64,000 bases of DNA. Source: an uncultured Actinomycetota bacterium (lineage in GTDB: Bacteria; Actinomycetota; Actinomycetes; Propionibacteriales; Nocardioidaceae). Positions 8,979 through 21,120 of this stretch are shown piece after piece; position 1 is the first letter of the stretch; the number at the start of each line of letters is the position of its first letter. Under the pieces are notes generated by a model. It did not search any database. It was not told the origin of the DNA and saw nothing but the letters and a program-made list of their open reading frames with translations. The DNA lies in assembly GCA_963727135.1 (NCBI GenBank), contig CAVSEX010000003.1, forward strand, positions 430,349-494,348, read 5' to 3'. Made by a program: the position numbers and the translations under genes.

Positions 8979-11584
8979 TGGTCCTGCCCTTCGTCCGGCT
9001 CGGTCGGCTGATCGTTCGCGTCGTTCGCGTCGTTCGCGTCGTTCTCGCTGGTCGCGTCGTTCTCGTCCTGCGCCTCGTCATCGGTGGGAATCTCGGCGTT
9101 GCGAGCGATGGTGACCACCCGGTCGTCGCCCTTGAACTTGACGAAGCTGACCCCCATCGTGCCACGCCCCTTCGCAGGCACACCTGCAACGAGACTTCTC
9201 GTGATCTGGCCACCCTCGGTGACCGAGATGACGTCGTCGGTGTCACTGAGCACCAGGCCGCCGACGAGAACACCGCGCTTCTCGGTGATCTGCATGGCCT
9301 TGATGCCGATGCCGCCGCGGCCCTGCAGGCGGTACTGGTCGATGGTGGTCTTCTTGGCGAAGCCCCCGTCGGTGACCGTGAACACGTAGAGCAACTCATC
9401 GGCCGGGACGTCCTCGGTGTCCTTCTCGGCGTCGCGCGCATGGATGACGGTCATCGACAGCAGTGCGTCGTCGGAGCGGAACTTCATGCCGGTGACACCG
9501 GAGGTGGCGCGGCCCATCGGCCGCAGCTGCCGGTCGTCGGCGCGGAACCGGATGGCCTGCGCCTTCTTGGAGATGAGGAGCAGGTCGTCCTCGGCGCGCA
9601 CCAGCTCGGCGCCGATGAGCTCGTCGTCCTCGTCGCGGAAGTTGATGGCGATGACGCCGGCTTGACGCGGGCTGTTGTAGTCGGCGAGCCGGGTCTTCTT
9701 GACGAGGCCCTTCTTCGTGGCCAGCACCAGGTACGGAGCCTGCTCGTAGTCGCGGATGGCCAGCACCTGGGCGATGTCCTCGTCCGGCTGGAACGACAGC
9801 AGCCCGGCCACGTGCCCGCCCTTCGCATCGCGTCCGGCCTCCGGCAGCTGGTACGCCTTGGTGCGATAGACCCGGCCGGCCGTGGTGAAGAACAGGATCC
9901 AGTGGTGGCTGGTGGTCGGGAACAGGTGCTCGACGAAGTCGCCGTCGCGCAGCTGCGCACCACGGACGCCCTTGCCGCCGCGGTTCTGCACCCGGTACAG
10001 ATCGGTGCGGGTGCGCTTGGCGTAGCCGCCGCGGGTGATGGTGACCACGACCTCCTCGTCGGGGATGAGATCTTCCATCGACAGGTCGCCGTCGGCCGCG
10101 ATGATCTGGCTGCGGCGGTCGTCGCCGTACTTCTCGACGATCGCGGCGAGCTCTTCGCTGACGATCGAGCGCTGGCGGTCCTCACTGGCGAGGATGTCCT
10201 GATACTCGGCGATCTCCTCCTCCAGCTTGGCCAGCTGGTCGAGAATCTTCTGCCGCTCCAGGGCGGCGAGCTGGCGCAGCTGCATGTCGAGAATCGCCTT
10301 GGCCTGCACCTCGTCGATCTCGAGCAAGTCGATCAGGCCCTGACGTGCGGTGTCGGCCGAGGCGCTCCCCCGGATGAGGGCGATGACGGCGTCGAGCTGG
10401 TCGAGCGCCTTGCCAAGGCCTCGGTAGATGTGGGCCTGCTCCTCGGCCTTGCGCAGGCGGTACTCGGTGCGACGGCGGATGACGGTGATCTGGTGGGTGA
10501 TCCAGTTCGTGATGAATCCGTCGAGGGTGAGGGTGCGCGGCACGTCGTCGACGAGCGCGAGCATGTTGGCACTGAAGTTGGTCTGCAGCTCGGTGTGCTT
10601 GTAGAGGTTGTTGAGCACCACCCGGGCGACGGCGTCCCGCTTGAGCACGACCACGAGGCGGCGGCCGGTGCGCGAGCTGGAGTCGTCGCGCACCTCGGCG
10701 ATGCCCTGGACCCGGCCGGAGTCGGCCAGCTCGGCGATCTTGATGGCCAGGTTGTCGGGGTTGACCTGATAGGGCAGCTCGGTGACGACCAGGCTGATGC
10801 GTCCCTTGGTGTCTTCCTCGATCGAGACGACCGCACGCATCGTGACCGAGCCGCGACCGGAGCGGTACATGTCCTGGATGCCCTGGGTGCCGACGATGAG
10901 CCCGGACGTCGGGAAGTCGGGGCCCTTGATGCGCTCGATCAGCGCTTCGAGCAGCTCCTCGCGGCCTGCCTCCGGGTTCTCCAGCGACCACTGGACGCCC
11001 TCGGCGACCTCACGCAGGTTGTGTGGCGGGATGTTGGTGGCCATGCCGACGGCGATGCCGGCCGAGCCGTTGACCAGCAGGTTCGGGATGCGCGCGGGTA
11101 GGACGGCCGGCTCTTGCGAGCGTCCGTCGTAGTTGGGCTTGAAGTCGACGGTGTCCTCGTCGATGTCGCGCACCATCTCCATGGCGATGGGGGCGAGCTT
11201 GCACTCGGTGTAGCGCATGGCGGCCGCGCCGTCGTTGCCCGGCGAGCCGAAGTTGCCCTGGCCGGAGACCATCGGCGCGCGCATGACCCACGGCTGCGCG
11301 AGCCGCACGAGGGTGTCGTAGATCGCGGTGTCGCCGTGCGGGTGGTACTGACCCATGACGTCACCGACGATGCGGCTGCACTTGCTGAAGCCGCGGTCAG
11401 GTCGGTAGCCACCGTCGTACATCGCGTAGAGCACGCGCCGGTGCACCGGCTTGAGCCCGTCGCGGACGTCGGGCAGCGCGCGGGACACGATGACGCTCAT
11501 CGCGTAGTCGATGTACGAGCGCTGCATCTCGACCTGGAGCTCGACGGGTTCGATCCTGTCGCGCTCGATGGGTGTATCAGTCAC
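8975..11584 (-). CDS. gyrA: DNA gyrase subunit A
   Basis: 869 aa; [39 protein letters not shown], active-site region AAAMRYTE; acidic C-terminal tail. Confidence 0.97.
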   Translation of the reverse strand: MTDTPIERDRIEPVELQVEMQRSYIDYAMSVIVSRALPDVRDGLKPVHRRVLYAMYDGGYRPDRGFSKCSRIVGDVMGQYHPHGDTAIYDTLVRLAQPWVMRAPMVSGQGNFGSPGNDGAAAMRYTECKLAPIAMEMVRDIDEDTVDFKPNYDGRSQEPAVLPARIPNLLVNGSAGIAVGMATNIPPHNLREVAEGVQWSLENPEAGREELLEALIERIKGPDFPTSGLIVGTQGIQDMYRSGRGSVTMRAVVSIEEDTKGRISLVVTELPYQVNPDNLAIKIAELADSGRVQGIAEVRDDSSSRTGRRLVVVLKRDAVARVVLNNLYKHTELQTNFSANMLALVDDVPRTLTLDGFITNWITHQITVIRRRTEYRLRKAEEQAHIYRGLGKALDQLDAVIALIRGSASADTARQGLIDLLEIDEVQAKAILDMQLRQLAALERQKILDQLAKLEEEIAEYQDILASEDRQRSIVSEELAAIVEKYGDDRRSQIIAADGDLSMEDLIPDEEVVVTITRGGYAKRTRTDLYRVQNRGGKGVRGAQLRDGDFVEHLFPTTSHHWILFFTTAGRVYRTKAYQLPEAGRDAKGGHVAGLLSFQPDEDIAQVLAIRDYEQAPYLVLATKKGLVKKTRLADYNSPRQAGVIAINFRDEDDELIGAELVRAEDDLLLISKKAQAIRFRADDRQLRPMGRATSGVTGMKFRSDDALLSMTVIHARDAEKDTEDVPADELLYVFTVTDGGFAKKTTIDQYRLQGRGGIGIKAMQITEKRGVLVGGLVLSDTDDVISVTEGGQITRSLVAGVPAKGRGTMGVSFVKFKGDDRVVTIARNAEIPTDDEAQDENDATSENDANDANDANDQPTEPDEGQDQ

Positions 11585-11601
11585 GAATGATTCCTGTCAG
11601 G

Positions 11602-13638
<2,037 letters not shown>

Positions 13639-13825
13639 TCAGCGGTGGTAGGCCTGTGTCGATCGACGTGAACGCGCGCTCAGATGCCCCTGAGCGCCTC
13701 AGGAGCGGGTCTGAGACGTGCTCGAAGGGCCTGCCCTCATGCCGGGTACGTCCGCGTAGCCCGAAAACCGCTCAGATCCGCGCCCCACTCGTCGGCGTCT
13801 TGGTCTGATCCGTCATCGTGGTGGG

Positions 13826-14626
13826 ATGAGCATGACAGCGCCGCGTCACGCCTCCGCTGCGCCACCGTTGACCGCCGCGGTGGGCGCCGTCGGCGTGCTC
13901 GTCGCGGTGGCGATGGTGGCCCTGCGCACTGGCGCCGGACAGCGTATCGACCAGCGGGCCATGACGACCGTGGTCGCCGGTCAGGATGCCGAGGTGACCG
14001 TGCTGAGCCTGCTCGGACGCGTCTCGATCGGCGCCGTGCTGGCCGTGGCGGCAGGTTGCGTCGCCTTGGCGATCGTGCGCGGCCGCGCCCGTCTCGCCGC
14101 TGCCGCGCTCGTCGTGATTGCCGGCGCGAACCTCACCACCCAGCTGCTCAAGGTCCTGCTCGAACGGACGCCGCTCGACGTCCTCGGGCCCAACAGCCTG
14201 CCGAGCGGTCACGCCACGGTGGTTGCCAGCGCGGTCGGAGCGCTGCTGCTGGTTGCTCCGCGCTCACTGCGTCTGGCGGTCGTCGTTGCCGGCGCGCTCG
14301 CCACCACCATCACCGGGGCCTCGACCGTCGTCGCCGGCTGGCACCGGCCCGCCGACATCGTGGCCGCCCTCGCGGTGTGCGTGGCCTGGTCGGCCGTCGG
14401 TTCCCTGCTCGTCGGTGGATCCCACCGGCCCGCGCCCGGCGTCGTCGTGGGTTCCATGGTCGGTGCGGCAGGTGCACTGGTACTGCTGGTGGCCATCGGC
14501 GTGCGTCCGGCCTACGGCTGGAGCGGCTTCGGCGAAGCCACCGTCGTGCTCGGGGCGATGGCCATGGCGACCGCGCTCAGCGTGGCCCTGATGGAGCGCA
14601 TTTCTCCCACGTCACCTCAGCCGTAG
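13826..14626 (+). CDS. PAP2-family phosphatase, integral membrane
   Basis: PAP2 motifs KVLLERTP, PSGHAT, GWHRPADIVAA; multiple hydrophobic helices. Confidence 0.75.
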   Translation: MSMTAPRHASAAPPLTAAVGAVGVLVAVAMVALRTGAGQRIDQRAMTTVVAGQDAEVTVLSLLGRVSIGAVLAVAAGCVALAIVRGRARLAAAALVVIAGANLTTQLLKVLLERTPLDVLGPNSLPSGHATVVASAVGALLLVAPRSLRLAVVVAGALATTITGASTVVAGWHRPADIVAALAVCVAWSAVGSLLVGGSHRPAPGVVVGSMVGAAGALVLLVAIGVRPAYGWSGFGEATVVLGAMAMATALSVALMERISPTSPQP

Positions 14627-15126
14627 GTGTCCCTCGGCCCGCGGGCGTTGCGGATCGTGCGCTGACCCTTTTTCCAGGACGGAGCCTGAGGGCCACGCAC
14701 CTCGATGCGCAGCACCGTGCCGTGCCCAAGCTCCTCGTTGAGGCGCTGCACGACCCGAGCGGCGAGCAGCTTCAGCTCCTTGGCCCAGGCGGTGGACTCG
14801 GCGCGGATCGACACGATCCCATCCTCGAAGGCCTCCACCGTCGAGTGGGCGGCGATCTCCGGTCCGACGATGCCGGGCCAGTCGGTGAAGACCCGCGTCG
14901 CCTGGATCCGCTCGTCCCAGCCACGCTCGCGGGTCATCTCGCCGAGCACGTCGGCCAGCCGCGCGGGCTCGTCGCGCTTGCGCCGGCGCGGTGACGCCGC
15001 GGCCGGTCGCCGGCGTCGAGGCGGACCCGTCGGAGTGCCGCCGCGGTAGGCATCGGCGATGTCCCGGGCCAGGTCCAACGGGTCCGGCTCGTCCGCACCG
15101 GAAGTCGGCTCGTCGGGGTCAGTCAT
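14617..15126 (-). CDS. dciA: DUF721 domain protein (DciA-like helicase-loader candidate)
   Basis: ATG 15126 inside track ORF 14617..15807; ATGACTGA overlap with the recF stop. ...RVFTDWPGIVGPEIAAHSTVEAFEDGIVSIRAESTAWAKELKLLAARVVQRLNEELG is the DUF721 core; position after recF as for mycobacterial Rv0004. Confidence 0.8.
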   Translation of the reverse strand: MTDPDEPTSGADEPDPLDLARDIADAYRGGTPTGPPRRRRPAAASPRRRKRDEPARLADVLGEMTRERGWDERIQATRVFTDWPGIVGPEIAAHSTVEAFEDGIVSIRAESTAWAKELKLLAARVVQRLNEELGHGTVLRIEVRGPQAPSWKKGQRTIRNARGPRDTYG

Positions 15127-16249
15127 GTTGCACCCTGCCTCCCTCGACGCGGAACCGCCGCCCGAGCAACGCCTTCGGAACATCATCGGCCACGGCCGCT
15201 GTGACGAGCACCTGCTCGGCGTCGCCCACGAGTGCGGCGAGCTGCTCACGACGTCCCTGGTCGAGCTCAGCGAAGACGTCGTCGAGGATGAGCACCGGGT
15301 CGTCGCCCTCCGCACGCAGGAGCGCGAAGGACGCGAGCCGCAGCGCCAACGCCAGCGACCAGGACTCCCCGTGGCTGGCATACCCCTTGGCCGGAAGGTC
15401 GCCGATCTCGAGAACCGCCTCGTCGCGGTGCGGGCCGACGAGGCTGATGCCCCGCTCGAGCTCGTCGCGACGGCGGTTCTCGACGCCGGCCAGGAGCGCC
15501 GTGCGCACCGCCTCTTGGTCACCAGCCGCCTCAGCTGGTAGGTCGACGGAGGCCTTGTACGTGGCCCGGACGTCACGTCGGTCGGTCGGTGCGTCGGCCG
15601 CCACTTCCAGATACGCCGAGGCCAGGTGTGGCGCCAGATCGGACAGCAGCGTGAGGCGCTGGGCCACCAGCTCGCCACCCAGCGTGGCCAGCTTGTCGTC
15701 CCAGATGTCAAGAGTGGAGAGGTCGACCGAGCCCTGACGGCCCCGGGCCGACTTGAGCAGCGCGTTCCGCTGCTTGAGCACGCGGTCGTAGTCGGCCTTG
15801 ACGCCACCGAGTCGGGGCGTGCGCAACGTCAGCAGGGCATCGAGAAAGTGCCGTCGATCGGAGGGATCACCCTTGACCAGGGCGAGGTCATCCGGCGAGA
15901 ACATGACGGTGCGGAGGATTCCGACGACGTCGCGCGTGCGTGGCAGCGCCGACCTGTTGACCCGGGCACGGTTGGCGCGCCCTGGCGTGATCTCGACCTC
16001 CAGCAGTGCAGTGCGGTCGGCACGCTTCACCTCGACGCGCACCACTGCCTGGTCGGCGCCGACACGGACGAGCGGCGCATCACCGGAGACTCGGTGCGAG
16101 TCGAGCCGGGAGACGTAGTCGATGGCCTCGACCAGGTTGGTCTTGCCCTGTCCGTTCGCGCCGATGAACGCGGTCGGCCCGGGCTCGAGGTCGAGCTCGG
16201 CCGTGGCGTACGACCGGAAGTCGTGCACGACGAGCCGGGAGACGTGCAC
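15119..16249 (-). CDS. recF: DNA replication/repair protein RecF
   Basis: MHVSRLVVHDFRSYATAELDLEPGPTAFIGANGQGKTNLVEAI (Walker A); ILDDVFAELD (Walker B). Confidence 0.95.
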   Translation of the reverse strand: MHVSRLVVHDFRSYATAELDLEPGPTAFIGANGQGKTNLVEAIDYVSRLDSHRVSGDAPLVRVGADQAVVRVEVKRADRTALLEVEITPGRANRARVNRSALPRTRDVVGILRTVMFSPDDLALVKGDPSDRRHFLDALLTLRTPRLGGVKADYDRVLKQRNALLKSARGRQGSVDLSTLDIWDDKLATLGGELVAQRLTLLSDLAPHLASAYLEVAADAPTDRRDVRATYKASVDLPAEAAGDQEAVRTALLAGVENRRRDELERGISLVGPHRDEAVLEIGDLPAKGYASHGESWSLALALRLASFALLRAEGDDPVLILDDVFAELDQGRREQLAALVGDAEQVLVTAAVADDVPKALLGRRFRVEGGRVQHD

Positions 16250-16253
16250 GGGG

Positions 16254-17159
16254 CTAGGCGTCGTTCGGGTCGTGGCCGGACTCGGCGGCGGCCTGGACCG
16301 CGTGGCCGCCGAACTGCTGGCGCATCGCGGCGACTGCCTGCATGGCCGGCGACTCGTCCTGTCGGGAGGCGAACCGCGCGAACAGGGAAGCGGCGATGGT
16401 GTTGAGGGGCACGGCGTGGTCGATGGCGGCCTCGACCGTCCACCGTCCTTCTCCGGAGTCGTCGGCGTAGCCGCGGATCTTGCTCAGGCCGGGATCGTCC
16501 TCGAGCGCGGTGACCAGCAGGTCGAGCAGCCACGAGCGGACGACCGTGCCCTGCCGCCAGGAGTCGAAGACGGCGGTGACGTCGTCGACGATGTCGGTCT
16601 TCTCGAGCAGCTCGAAGCCCTCGGCATAGGCCTGCATCATGGCGTACTCGATGCCGTTGTGAACCATCTTGGAGAAGTGCCCGGCACCCACGCGGCCGGC
16701 GTGCACGAAGCCGGACTCGCCCTCGGGACGTAGCGCGTCGAACGCCGGCTGCACCTTGGCGATGTCGTCGGCATCGCCCCCGGCCATCAGGGCGTAGCCG
16801 TTCTCGAGACCCCACACGCCACCACTCACACCGCAGTCGACGAAACCCACACCGCGGGTGGCGAGCGAAGCTGCGTTCTTCTCGTCGTCCGTCCACCGCG
16901 AATTGCCGCCGTCGACGACGACGTCGCCCTCGCCGAGCAGTTCCCCGAGCTCGGCGACCGTTTGTTGGGTGGGTTCGCCGGCCGGCACCATGACCCACAC
17001 GACCTTGGGTGACGGCAGCTGCTCGACCAGGTCGGCCAGCGAGGCGGCGTCACTGAGTTTGGGGTCGCGGTCGTATCCCACCACCGTCAGGCCGGCCTTG
17101 CGCATGCGGGTGCGCATGTTGCCGCCCATCTTGCCGAGGCCAACGAGGCCGATGTGCAT
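16254..17159 (-). CDS. gnd: 6-phosphogluconate dehydrogenase, decarboxylating (short form)
   Basis: MHIGLVGLGKMGGNM Rossmann N-terminus, GGNSRWTDD, VDCGVSGGVWG, HFSKMVHNGIEY; sits between dnaN and recF as I recall for Streptomyces. Confidence 0.9.
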   Translation of the reverse strand: MHIGLVGLGKMGGNMRTRMRKAGLTVVGYDRDPKLSDAASLADLVEQLPSPKVVWVMVPAGEPTQQTVAELGELLGEGDVVVDGGNSRWTDDEKNAASLATRGVGFVDCGVSGGVWGLENGYALMAGGDADDIAKVQPAFDALRPEGESGFVHAGRVGAGHFSKMVHNGIEYAMMQAYAEGFELLEKTDIVDDVTAVFDSWRQGTVVRSWLLDLLVTALEDDPGLSKIRGYADDSGEGRWTVEAAIDHAVPLNTIAASLFARFASRQDESPAMQAVAAMRQQFGGHAVQAAAESGHDPNDA

Positions 17160-17184
17160 GGCGACTCCCAGAAGTTGGTGGTGC

Positions 17185-18327
17185 TCAGCTCTGCAGTCGG
17201 ACGGGCATGATCAGGTAGCGGAACGCGCCGTCGGGGTCGGATCCGATCTCCTGCACACCTGAGATGGCGGCGGGCTTGGTGTGCTGCGTGAACGACAGAT
17301 GCACGACGGGCTCGGACATGACGGCCAGGCCCTCCAGCAGGTAGGTGGGGTTGAACCCGATCGAGATGTCGGCTCCGTTGATGGTGGCCTCGATCGACTC
17401 CGACGCTTGGGCCTCGTCGCCGCTGCCGGCCTCGAGGAGCAGCTGTCCGTCGGCGAACGTCAACCGCACAGGGGTGTTGCGCTCGGCGACCAACGACACT
17501 CGTTTGACCGAGTCGATGAACTCGGGCGTGCTCACGTAGGCGACCGTCTCGGCCTGCGCCTGGAACAGCTGGCGGACCCGCGGGAAGTCGCCCTCGAGCA
17601 GCCGGGTGGTGGTGCGTCGCGAGCCGTTGCCCACCGTGCCCTCGAAACCGATGAGCCCGTCGCCGGCCTCGCCGGACGACACGGCAATCGTGACGTCGCC
17701 GCCGGCCACCAGTGACCGAGCCGTCTCACCCAGGACACGGGCGGGCACGAGGGCCTGGGCCGACAGGTCGGCGCGCTCGGGGTACCAGCTGAGCTCACGC
17801 AGGCTGGCGCGGAACCGGTCGGTGGCCATGAGCGAGATTGTGGATCCTTCGAGCTCGAGCCGGACTCCCGTGAGCAGTGGCAGCATCTCGTCGCGCCCGG
17901 CGGCCGCGCTGGCCTGGGCGACGGCGGTGGCGAACTCGTCCGCCTTGATCGTGCCGGTGGCCGTGGGCATGTCGGGCAGTTGTGGGTACTCCTCGACCGG
18001 CATGGTCTGCAGGCTGAACCGGGCGTTGCCGCAGACGACCTGCACCTTCGTGCCGTCGAGCGAGACGTCGATGGGCTTGGCCGGCAACGACTTGACGATC
18101 TCCGACAGCAAGCGGCCGGAAACGAGGGCACGTCCGTCGTCGGCCACCTCGGCCGGCAACGTGGCCCGGGTCGACGTCTCGTAGTCGAAGCCGGACAGTG
18201 TGAGGCCGTCGCCGGAGGACTCGATGAGCAGACCTGCGAGCACCGGAACACTCGGGCGGTTGGGCAGGCTGCGGGCGGTCCAGGCGACGGCGTCGGCGAA
18301 CGTGTCGCGATCGATACGGAATTTCAC
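17185..18327 (-). CDS. dnaN: DNA polymerase III beta sliding clamp
   Basis: GTG 18327 (VKFRIDRDTFADAVAWTARSLPNRPSVPVLAGLLIE), in frame within track ORF 17185..18621. 380 aa, typical clamp length. Confidence 0.95.
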   Translation of the reverse strand: MKFRIDRDTFADAVAWTARSLPNRPSVPVLAGLLIESSGDGLTLSGFDYETSTRATLPAEVADDGRALVSGRLLSEIVKSLPAKPIDVSLDGTKVQVVCGNARFSLQTMPVEEYPQLPDMPTATGTIKADEFATAVAQASAAAGRDEMLPLLTGVRLELEGSTISLMATDRFRASLRELSWYPERADLSAQALVPARVLGETARSLVAGGDVTIAVSSGEAGDGLIGFEGTVGNGSRRTTTRLLEGDFPRVRQLFQAQAETVAYVSTPEFIDSVKRVSLVAERNTPVRLTFADGQLLLEAGSGDEAQASESIEATINGADISIGFNPTYLLEGLAVMSEPVVHLSFTQHTKPAAISGVQEIGSDPDGAFRYLIMPVRLQS

Positions 18328-18725
18328 GAACGAGGACCTTTCGGAGGGACGGAAGCCGTCGGGATGAATCCTGCCACGCGGCAGGCATCCGAGATAGGCC
18401 GGGGAACCCCTGGAAGGAGTGTCCACACACGGGGTCGTAAGCCACGTTGACGGTGCCTTGTGACACATAAAGGAGTAGTCGTAGTCGTAGCCTCTGTGGA
18501 AACGGTGGATAACTGTCGTCTGTGCTGGTGGGGGCTGGTCCGGGCCGGTGGATGACCTGTGGTCCTCGTGGTGCGCGAACCCCCGTGCCCTGTGGACCGA
18601 AATCTGCTGTTCACACGGCATTCACACCCTGGACGCAGATGTCCACTGAAGGGACGGGCTTGCCCACAAGGCTGTCCCCAGCTGTGCATCATGAGATGAG
18701 GCTTCAACGCAGGTCACGCATCTGG
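18328..18725. promoter_or_regulatory. oriC: DnaA-box cluster in the dnaA-dnaN intergenic region
   Basis: At least nine 9-mers with 2 or fewer mismatches to TTGTCCACA/TTATCCACA. Examples: GTGTCCACA 18419-18427, rc TTATCCACC 18504-18512, rc TCATCCACC 18547-18555, rc CGGTCCACA 18591-18599, CTGTTCACA 18607-18615, ATGTCCACT 18639-18647, TTGCCCACA 18660-18668. A relatively AT-rich stretch with a GTAGTC repeat lies at 18463-18492. Confidence 0.8.
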
Positions 18726-20225
18726 TCAGGACTGCCGGGCTTGCTGCTTGATGCGGTTCGTGAGCTCCGTGACCTGGTTGTAGACGGCGTGCTTCTCGGC
18801 CATCAGCTTGCGGATCTTGCGCTCAGCGTGCATCACCGTGGTGTGGTCGCGGCCCCCGAACTCCTGGCCGATCTTGGGCAGTGACATCTCGGTGAGCTCG
18901 CGGCACAGGTACATGGCGATCTGCCGGGCGAGCACGAGGTTGCGGGTGCGGTTGGCTCCACAGAGCTCGTCGATCGAGAACTCCGAATAAGTGGCGGTCT
19001 GGGCCATGATCTGCCCGATCGTGATCTCGGGCTCCTCACCTTCGGCCACCAGGTCCTTGAGCACCATCTGGGCGAGCTGCATGTCGACCGTGGCCTTCTG
19101 CAAGTTCGCGAAGGCGGTGGCCCGGATGAGCGCCCCCTCGAGCTCACGGATGTTTGTCTGCACGCGGCTGGCGATGAACTCCATGACGTCGGCCGGCACG
19201 GTGAGCTTCTCGTTGGCGGCCTTCTTGCGCAGGATCGCGATGCGGGTCTCGAGGTCGGGCGGCAGCGTCTCGGTCTGCAGGCCCCACTCGAACCGGTTGC
19301 GGAGCCGCTCCTCGAGCGTCCGCAGGGCCTTCGGCGGCCGGTCGGACGTCATGACGATCTGCTTGTTCTCGTTGTGCAGCGCGTTGAAGGTATGGAAGAA
19401 CTCGGCCTGCGTCGACTCCTTCTTCTCCAGGAACTGGAGGTCGTCGACGAGCAGCACGTCGATCTCGCGGTACTTGCGCTTCAGCTCCGCGGTCTTGCGT
19501 TCCTGAATGGCGTTGATGACGTCGTTGGTGAACTCCTCGGTGTTGACGTACCGCACCCGCGAGGATGGGTAGAGGCTCAACACGTAGTGGCCGATGGCAT
19601 GGAGGAGATGAGTCTTGCCGAGCCCGGACTCGCCATGGATCACGAGTGGGTTGTACGACTTGCCGGGTGCCTCGGCGACGGCGACGGCCGCGGCGTGGGC
19701 GAATCGGTTGGACGATCCGATGACGAAGTTCTCGAAGAGGTAGCGCGGGTTGAGTCGGGCTTCGGCGGCGGTGCCGCGCTTGAGGGGGACGACGTTCGTC
19801 TTCTGCGCCCAGCTGGGGACGAACGCGTCGTCATCCTCCTCGTCGTCCAGCTCGGCGAGGTCCACGTCTTCGGGTTCGGGCCGCCCACCCTCGGGGTTCG
19901 AAAGGAGATTTGTCGACTTGTCGTCTTGTGCACTCAGGGCTTCACGTGAGGTGATCTCGACCTCGGTCGGATCGATCGTGACGATGAGCCGGATCTCCTG
20001 GCCGAGCGAGCTCGACAAGGCGTTCTCGAGAGCTGGCCGGACCCGTGACTCGAGCTGGGCTCGGGTGAGGTCGTCCTGGACGGCGACGATCAGGATGCCG
20101 TTGTGGAGACTCAGGGGTGTGGCGTTGAAGACCCAGACTTTGGCTCCGGGGGAGAGGGTGTCGACGGCCTGTTCCCAGTGGGCGCCTAGCTCGACATCAT
20201 CAGCCCGATCTGGCGCCTCACCCAT
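18726..20225 (-). CDS. dnaA: Chromosomal replication initiator protein DnaA
   Basis: ATG 20225 with GGAGG 6 nt upstream (track ORF extends to 20336). GESGLGKTHLLHAIGH (Walker A), LLVDDLQFL, C-terminal domain IV HTTVMHAERKI. Confidence 0.95.
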   Translation of the reverse strand: MGEAPDRADDVELGAHWEQAVDTLSPGAKVWVFNATPLSLHNGILIVAVQDDLTRAQLESRVRPALENALSSSLGQEIRLIVTIDPTEVEITSREALSAQDDKSTNLLSNPEGGRPEPEDVDLAELDDEEDDDAFVPSWAQKTNVVPLKRGTAAEARLNPRYLFENFVIGSSNRFAHAAAVAVAEAPGKSYNPLVIHGESGLGKTHLLHAIGHYVLSLYPSSRVRYVNTEEFTNDVINAIQERKTAELKRKYREIDVLLVDDLQFLEKKESTQAEFFHTFNALHNENKQIVMTSDRPPKALRTLEERLRNRFEWGLQTETLPPDLETRIAILRKKAANEKLTVPADVMEFIASRVQTNIRELEGALIRATAFANLQKATVDMQLAQMVLKDLVAEGEEPEITIGQIMAQTATYSEFSIDELCGANRTRNLVLARQIAMYLCRELTEMSLPKIGQEFGGRDHTTVMHAERKIRKLMAEKHAVYNQVTELTNRIKQQARQS

Positions 20226-20237
20226 CCCGGACCTCCG

Positions 20238-20301
20238 TTGCTCCACATGGTTATCCACACAATGTGCATCGACATGTCGACGTGGGATCCACTGTGGAAA
20301 A
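20238..20301. promoter_or_regulatory. DnaA boxes in the dnaA promoter region
   Basis: Perfect TTATCCACA at 20251-20259; rc TTTTCCACA at 20293-20301; TGCTCCACA at 20238-20246. Located just upstream of the dnaA start. Confidence 0.6.
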
Positions 20302-20629
20302 GTCGAATACCGCGGCGACGCTAGCAGCGGGGCCAACCCAGTTCAAGCGGATTTCCCCATCCCGCTCCGACTGCCCGGCGTGTCGCCGGGACGAGCCTCT
20401 CACAGCTGTCGTAAGAAGGTCGGTTTGACCGTCAAGAGGTGCCCCCGTACCGTGGTGTGGTCATCAGCGCGACACCTGCCGCGTGCTCACAGCGAGTCAG
20501 ATTCTGTGGGCGAGCGGTGGCCGTCGACGGGCTCGCATCGCACCGTCCGCAAGCCCGAAGAAAGTCAGCACAGCCAGAGTCAAGAGAACACCCAGCACTG
20601 GGCCACCGCCCGATTCGTGAGGAAGTCCC

Positions 20630-20767
20630 GTGAGCAAGCGTACGTACCAGCCGAACAACCGACGTCGTGCCAAGAAGCACGGCTTCCGCCTTCGCATGCG
20701 CACCCGCGCCGGTCGCTCGATCCTGTCGTCGCGTCGCCGCAAGGGTCGCTCCAACCTGTCGGCCTGA
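20630..20767 (+). CDS. rpmH: 50S ribosomal protein L34
   Basis: GTG start; [45 protein letters not shown] (45 aa). Not listed as its own ORF in the track. Confidence 0.95.
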   Translation: MSKRTYQPNNRRRAKKHGFRLRMRTRAGRSILSSRRRKGRSNLSA

Positions 20768-20772
20768 GCCCG

Positions 20773-21120
20773 TTGCTCGACCAGGTCCATCGCATGCGTA
20801 ACAGCGAGGACTACCGCGTCACCGTTCGTCGTGGCGCCAAGGCCGCCCGGCCAACCCTCGTTGCCCATGTCGTCCTGCCCGCCGTGGCCGACGGTGGCTC
20901 GACGACGTCGATCGGTTTCGTGGTGAACCGGGGCGTCGGGTCGGCCGTCGACCGCAACCGCGTCAAGCGCCGGCTCCGTCACCTCATGCGGTCCCGGGTG
21001 GCTGATGTGCCAGCAGGCTCTCGGATCGTGATTCGGGCCCTGCCGGCTGCCCGAGCGGCTACCTCCTCGACGCTGTCCGTCGACCTCGACGAGGCACTGA
21101 TCCGGGCTGGTGCCCGATGA
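20773..21120 (+). CDS. rnpA: Ribonuclease P protein component
   Basis: TTG 20773 (alternative ATG 20794), in frame with track ORF 19750..21120. [32 protein letters not shown]...[13 protein letters not shown]. Follows rpmH; ATGA overlap with yidD. Confidence 0.85.
   Translation: MLDQVHRMRNSEDYRVTVRRGAKAARPTLVAHVVLPAVADGGSTTSIGFVVNRGVGSAVDRNRVKRRLRHLMRSRVADVPAGSRIVIRALPAARAATSSTLSVDLDEALIRAGAR

Noticed and set aside
8855-11101. 748-aa plus-strand ORF opposite gyrA, with several shorter ORFs in the same region
   Set aside because: Antisense shadow of a highly conserved gene in high-GC DNA. The translation is low-complexity (Leu/Val/Gly/Asp/Arg-rich) with no motifs, whereas gyrA on the other strand is unambiguous.
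13684-14994. 436-aa Arg-rich plus-strand ORF overlapping the PAP2 gene and the DUF721 gene
   Set aside because: Out-of-frame or antisense shadow. Its composition (runs of RRRR, GRRG) is typical of non-coding frames in GC-rich DNA. The PAP2 frame carries real motifs.
17185-20336. Extended versions of dnaN (to 18621) and dnaA (to 20336) given by the ORF track
   Set aside because: The extensions run into the DnaA-box regions and add non-conserved residues. Conserved N-termini start at GTG 18327 (dnaN) and at ATG 20225 with a GGAGG RBS (dnaA).
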